Shown here piece by piece: positions 9,246-12,343 of a stretch of 12,343 bases of DNA. Under the pieces are notes generated by a model. It had not been told where the DNA came from. It saw only the letters and a program-made list of their open reading frames with translations, and ran no database searches. Both the position numbers and the translations under genes were made by a program. Every line of letters begins with the position of its first letter. Position 1 is the first letter of the stretch. Source of the stretch: a virus (taxonomy: Duplodnaviria; Heunggongvirae; Uroviricota; Caudoviricetes). The DNA lies in IMG/VR virus record IMGVR_UViG_2563366949_000005; one strand, written 5' to 3'.

Positions 9246-9526
9246 TGAAAGATTTAACACTCAAATTTGCCGACAGGGCCGACTTTTCGGCCTTTATGGA
9301 GAGTATTGGCTATTATGATGACGAGTCGATGCAGGATGATATTCTTATTGACGTGATAGGTAACGCGTACAAAGAAACCGGAGAACTGACTGAAGATGGC
9401 GAACCGGTATGTGTTAAGGAAGACGGATATTTTGTAAACGTGCGCATCATTAATGATTCGCAAATATCGTCATTATTCGATGAATACGTGGTTGCTGTTG
9501 AGCATCAACTTCGTGGCTGGATGTGA
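9245..9526 (+). CDS. Hypothetical small acidic protein (93 aa), translationally coupled to stf
   Basis: ATG at 9245 overlaps the stf stop (TAATG). The protein is strongly acidic (many D/E, few K/R). It shares low GC with the stf 3' half and the downstream gene. It does not resemble lambda Tfa as far as I can judge. Confidence 0.6.
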   Translation: MKDLTLKFADRADFSAFMESIGYYDDESMQDDILIDVIGNAYKETGELTEDGEPVCVKEDGYFVNVRIINDSQISSLFDEYVVAVEHQLRGWM

Positions 9527-9535
9527 GGAAGAAAA

Positions 9536-10576
9536 ATGGCTACATCGACAGTAATTCCTGATGACATCAAAACGCTAAAATCCGACGTTAGCAAATTAAA
9601 AAACGATCAAGGAAGCTACGCAACAAAATTATATGTTGACAGCAAAGATGAAATCGTTGGTGACTGGTCTGCTTCATGGTATCAGCAGGTATTGCCAACT
9701 AGCGGAGCTATATTTGGGAGAAAACTCCGCTCAACTCACAGGACGGCAGGTGTTGAGGATGCGTATTGCGAGCTATACCTCAAAAAATGGATAGACAGCC
9801 CAGGTAACGCAATGGCGCGCCTTAACCTGAACGATAACGGGACAAACATTTGCTGGGACTTTACCAACCTTTATGGCGGTACGATGATTTTTCCCGGTGA
9901 CAGCGGATACCTCAAAATGGGTAACTGCCTTATGTCATACAGCAAGCGTGGAAGTAACGCGCTTATTAAATTTGATTACACCGACACATTACAGATCAAA
10001 TATGCCAATCATGGGTCAACCATGACATTAAACACACAGGGAACCGCTTATGCTGGTGTTACTGCTCAATTGTGGGGCAACTCCAGCCGTCCTGTTGTTT
10101 ATGAAGTCGGTGTTGATGGTGGCGCTTATATGTTCTATGCGCAGAAAAATACCGATAACACCTATATGTTAAGCGTTAATGGTGCATGTCATGCCACCGC
10201 ATTTAACCAGCATTCCGACCGGGATCTGAAAGACAACATTCAGGTGATCGATAATGCAACCGACCGCATCCGTAAAATGAACGGCTACACATACACGCTT
10301 AAAGAAAACGGTATGCCCTATGCTGGTGTCATTGCACAGGAAGCTCTGGAAGCAATCCCAGAAGTTGTAGGTTCCGCAATGAAATATCAGGACGGTGCGA
10401 GCGGATCGGAAGGTGAAGAAGGTGAACGTTATTACACAGTAGATTATTCTGGTGTTACTGGCTTGCTTGTTCAGGTAGCCAGAGAGTCAGACGACAGAAT
10501 AACAGCACTGGAAGAAGAAAACGCAGAATTAAGACAAAGATTATCTGCAATTGATGCGGCGCTTGCGTCTAAATAA
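9536..10576 (+). CDS. Tail fibre / receptor-binding tip protein with C-terminal peptidase-S74 intramolecular chaperone (autoproteolytic) domain, 346 aa
   Basis: GAGGAAG Shine-Dalgarno 5 nt upstream of ATG 9536, 9 nt after the orf93 stop. The C-terminal ~120 aa carry the S74/endosialidase-chaperone signature: HSDRDLKDNI ... GYTYTLKENG ... YAGVIAQEALEAIPEVV ... YTVDYSGVTGLLVQVARE, then a heptad-like tail (ITALEEENAELRQRLSAIDAALASK). A terminator-like hairpin follows the stop. Confidence 0.75.
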   Translation: MATSTVIPDDIKTLKSDVSKLKNDQGSYATKLYVDSKDEIVGDWSASWYQQVLPTSGAIFGRKLRSTHRTAGVEDAYCELYLKKWIDSPGNAMARLNLNDNGTNICWDFTNLYGGTMIFPGDSGYLKMGNCLMSYSKRGSNALIKFDYTDTLQIKYANHGSTMTLNTQGTAYAGVTAQLWGNSSRPVVYEVGVDGGAYMFYAQKNTDNTYMLSVNGACHATAFNQHSDRDLKDNIQVIDNATDRIRKMNGYTYTLKENGMPYAGVIAQEALEAIPEVVGSAMKYQDGASGSEGEEGERYYTVDYSGVTGLLVQVARESDDRITALEEENAELRQRLSAIDAALASK

Positions 10577-10582
10577 TATTAA

Positions 10583-10605
10583 GGGGCCGAGCGCCCCGTT
10601 TTATT
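10583..10605 (+). terminator. Putative rho-independent terminator after the 346-aa fibre gene
   Basis: A GC-rich 5-bp stem GGGGC / GCCCC with loop CGAGC is followed by GTTTTATT, 7 nt after the stop at 10576. Confidence 0.5.
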
Positions 10606-10618
10606 GGGTAGGATGAAA

Positions 10619-10912
10619 ATGGATATAACACCTTTCCTTCATGCGCTTTGTGCTGTGGCTGCGCAGCTACTGATTGGTCTTTTTACCGGGAACTGGGCTT
10701 ACGGGGCGATAGCCGGTTGTACGTTCTTCATTGCGCGTGAACACACCCAGGCAGAATATCGCTGGATCGAAATGTTCGGGCATGGCAAGCGAATGAATAT
10801 GCCGTGGTGGGGCGGTTTTGATACACGTGCATGGGATGTGGCAAGCCTGATGGATTTTGCTGTGCCGGTGGTGGCGTGTCTGCTGGTCTGGCTGTTGGTT
10901 AATCGTGGGTGA
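10619..10912 (+). CDS. Small predicted integral membrane protein (about 97 aa, 2-3 hydrophobic segments), function unknown
   Basis: The ORF track begins at TTG 10604. In-frame ATGs at 10613 and 10619 are more plausible, with AGGA at 10610-10613. Hydrophobic stretches are FLHALCAVAAQLLIGLF, AYGAIAGCTFFIA and FAVPVVACLLVWLLV. The exact start is uncertain. Confidence 0.55.
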   Translation: MDITPFLHALCAVAAQLLIGLFTGNWAYGAIAGCTFFIAREHTQAEYRWIEMFGHGKRMNMPWWGGFDTRAWDVASLMDFAVPVVACLLVWLLVNRG

Positions 10913-11139
10913 AAAAAGGTGAGCTGTATATGCAACGGAGGAAGAAAACTCGTTGATGGAAGCCTGGAAGAAGTATCGGGTGTTGCTGAACCGTGTTGAT
11001 ACATCAACTGCACAGGATATTGAATGGCCAGCACTGCCGTAGGGTAAAACATATAAATTCTATAATTAGATGTATCTTTCCATTTACGGCAAGGAAGGGG
11101 GCTTGGAAGACGTAAAGCATCTCACACCAAGATTATTTT

Positions 11140-11730
11140 TTATATGTCAGGTGTCTGAAGTTTTGCTTTGGCTCTTAAAATGGTTTGCCGCGAGGTTTTG
11201 AATTCCCGGGCAATGGCACTTATACTTACACCTGACTTAATTCGTTCGAATACCACCTGTTTCTGTTCTTCATTTAACACAGGTGGTCGACCAAAACGTT
11301 TCCCTGCGCCCCGGGCTCTTACTATCCCGGAATGAGTGCGTTCAAGTAAAAGGTCTCGTTCAAATTCAGCGACTGCTGAAATTACTTGCATCATCATTTT
11401 TCCTGTTGGACTGGTCAGGTCAATGCCCCCCAATGCTAAGCAATGCACTCTGATACCTGTTTCGGTCAGTTGTTCCACTGTTTTCCTGATATCCATTGCA
11501 TTACAACCAAGGCGATCCAGTTTTGTCACAATCAATTGATCACCACATTTCAGGCGAGCAAGCAACCGGTTAAAACCAGGACGCTCACTGGTTGCTGCTG
11601 AGCCGCTAATGTGTTCTTCGATTATTTGCTGAGGTTTGATTTTAAAACCTGCACTTTCGATTTCCCGGCGTTGATTTTCGGTGGTCTGATCCAGCGTTGA
11701 TATCCGACAGTAAGCAAAAATTCGAGACAT
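11140..11730 (-). CDS. Small serine recombinase (resolvase/invertase family), 196 aa
   Basis: The N-terminus [15 protein letters not shown] contains the catalytic Ser/Arg motif of serine recombinases. A KLDRLGC motif and a C-terminal helix-turn-helix ([21 protein letters not shown]) are present. The start is an ATG (complement of CAT at 11728-11730) and the stop is TAA at 11140-11142. Confidence 0.9.
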
Positions 11731-12109
11731 AGTGAGACTCTATACGAAATTGGTGTACATATCATAATGCATATCCAAAAATTATTTCGTTTATTATTGT
11801 ACATATTTGTATGTATACGTTCGAAAATAAACGAATTCGGATGCAGTCCCGTAATTTTGGTGTAACCAAAAATCGATTTTTTGAAAAATGGCTTTAACTC
11901 GGTTTGTTTTTCGAACTCCGGGCGGACTCGAGGAAGACGAATAATAGTGTTGTATGTTATTTCAACCAGATTTTAAGTTGTTTGGTCGTGGAAAAGTGGA
12001 GCAAAATGTTGTTAAAGTGGAAAAATGGTAAAAAAAGTAGGTTGTTGCGGAATAACGTAGTTGTTGATATTTTTTTAATGCATTGAAAAATTATTTTTCA
12101 GGGGGGGCA
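11731..12109 (-). promoter_or_regulatory. AT-rich non-coding region upstream of the recombinase: probable promoter/operator region, possibly including a recombination site
   Basis: About 380 bp without a credible ORF. The 9-mer TGTACATAT occurs twice (11755-11763 and 11799-11807). An inverted repeat TACATA-N3-TATGTA lies at 11801-11815. A direct repeat AAAGTGGA is at 11993 and 12014, 21 bp apart. A palindrome TGAAAAA-TTA-TTTTTCA lies at 12084-12100. Confidence 0.4.
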
Positions 12110-12343
12110 TTACACTTTACCATTTAAATTTTGGTTGTCTTTAAGAACTGATATCGCTGTTTGTAATAATTCTTTGTTATCCAGCCATGACTTTTTCTTT
12201 ATGTTTCCTTCAATGTAATCAAGCAATGTTCTGGTATTGATAGGTCTTCCCTGTTTTGCTACTTCCACGACAGCATCTCCCAGGATAATTCTGACTTCAG
12301 GAAGCTGCGCAGGGAACCACTTTAGGGTGTCTTTTGATTTCAT
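12110..12343 (-). CDS. Hypothetical small protein (at least 77 aa); its ATG coincides with the window edge, so the true 5' end may lie outside
   Basis: Open minus-strand frame from 12343 to the TAA at 12110-12112, in AT-rich DNA. No recognisable motif. Its extent cannot be decided from this window. Confidence 0.45.
   Translation of the reverse strand: MKSKDTLKWFPAQLPEVRIILGDAVVEVAKQGRPINTRTLLDYIEGNIKKKSWLDNKELLQTAISVLKDNQNLNGKV

Noticed and set aside
10699-11052. 117-aa minus-strand ORF overlapping the membrane-protein gene and intergenic region
   Set aside because: Overlaps the more plausible + strand membrane ORF and has no ribosome-binding site; low-complexity S/T/P-rich translation.
11853-11873. 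Inverted repeat AATTTTGG-TGTAA-CCAAAAAT as a possible hix/gix site
   Set aside because: Half-site polarity is opposite to the hix/gix consensus (AAACC|GGTTT innermost). It is kept only as part of the general regulatory-region observation.
11890-11935. tRNA-like GAGTTCGAA motif (possible tRNA 3' fragment marking an att site)
   Set aside because: No flanking T-stem complementarity, no acceptor-stem/CCA context; I could not fold a cloverleaf.
11904-12086. 60-aa + strand ORF starting at TTG in the AT-rich region
   Set aside because: Non-ATG start, no Shine-Dalgarno, Lys/Asn/Val-rich translation dictated by AT-rich composition.
1-12343. CRISPR array, rRNA/tRNA genes, or a lambda G/GT-type programmed frameshift
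   Set aside because: No regularly spaced direct repeats with unique spacers, no structured RNA gene signatures, and the G/GT frameshift site lies upstream of H, outside this window.

Overview
This window is the distal tail-gene block of a lambda-like (lambdoid) enterobacterial prophage, followed by a lower-GC accessory region. On the + strand it runs: the 3' end of the tape-measure gene (gpH-like, truncated by the window edge), then M, L, K and I (K and I overlapping in different frames), then the 1137-aa host-specificity/central-fibre gene J. No lom-like gene follows J. Instead there is a three-gene, translationally coupled fibre cassette: a side-tail-fibre (Stf-like) gene whose 3' half is AT-rich, a 93-aa acidic ORF, and a 346-aa ORF ending in a peptidase-S74-type intramolecular-chaperone domain. 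Downstream lie a small predicted membrane protein, a minus-strand small serine recombinase (resolvase/invertase family), a 380-bp AT-rich non-coding region with repeated motifs and palindromes, and a small minus-strand ORF that starts at the window edge. No rRNA, tRNA or CRISPR array was seen. All homology statements come from reading the ORF translations and from memory of the lambda proteins; no database search was run. The most interesting candidates are the fibre cassette at 7920-10576 and the recombinase with its upstream AT-rich region at 11140-12109.
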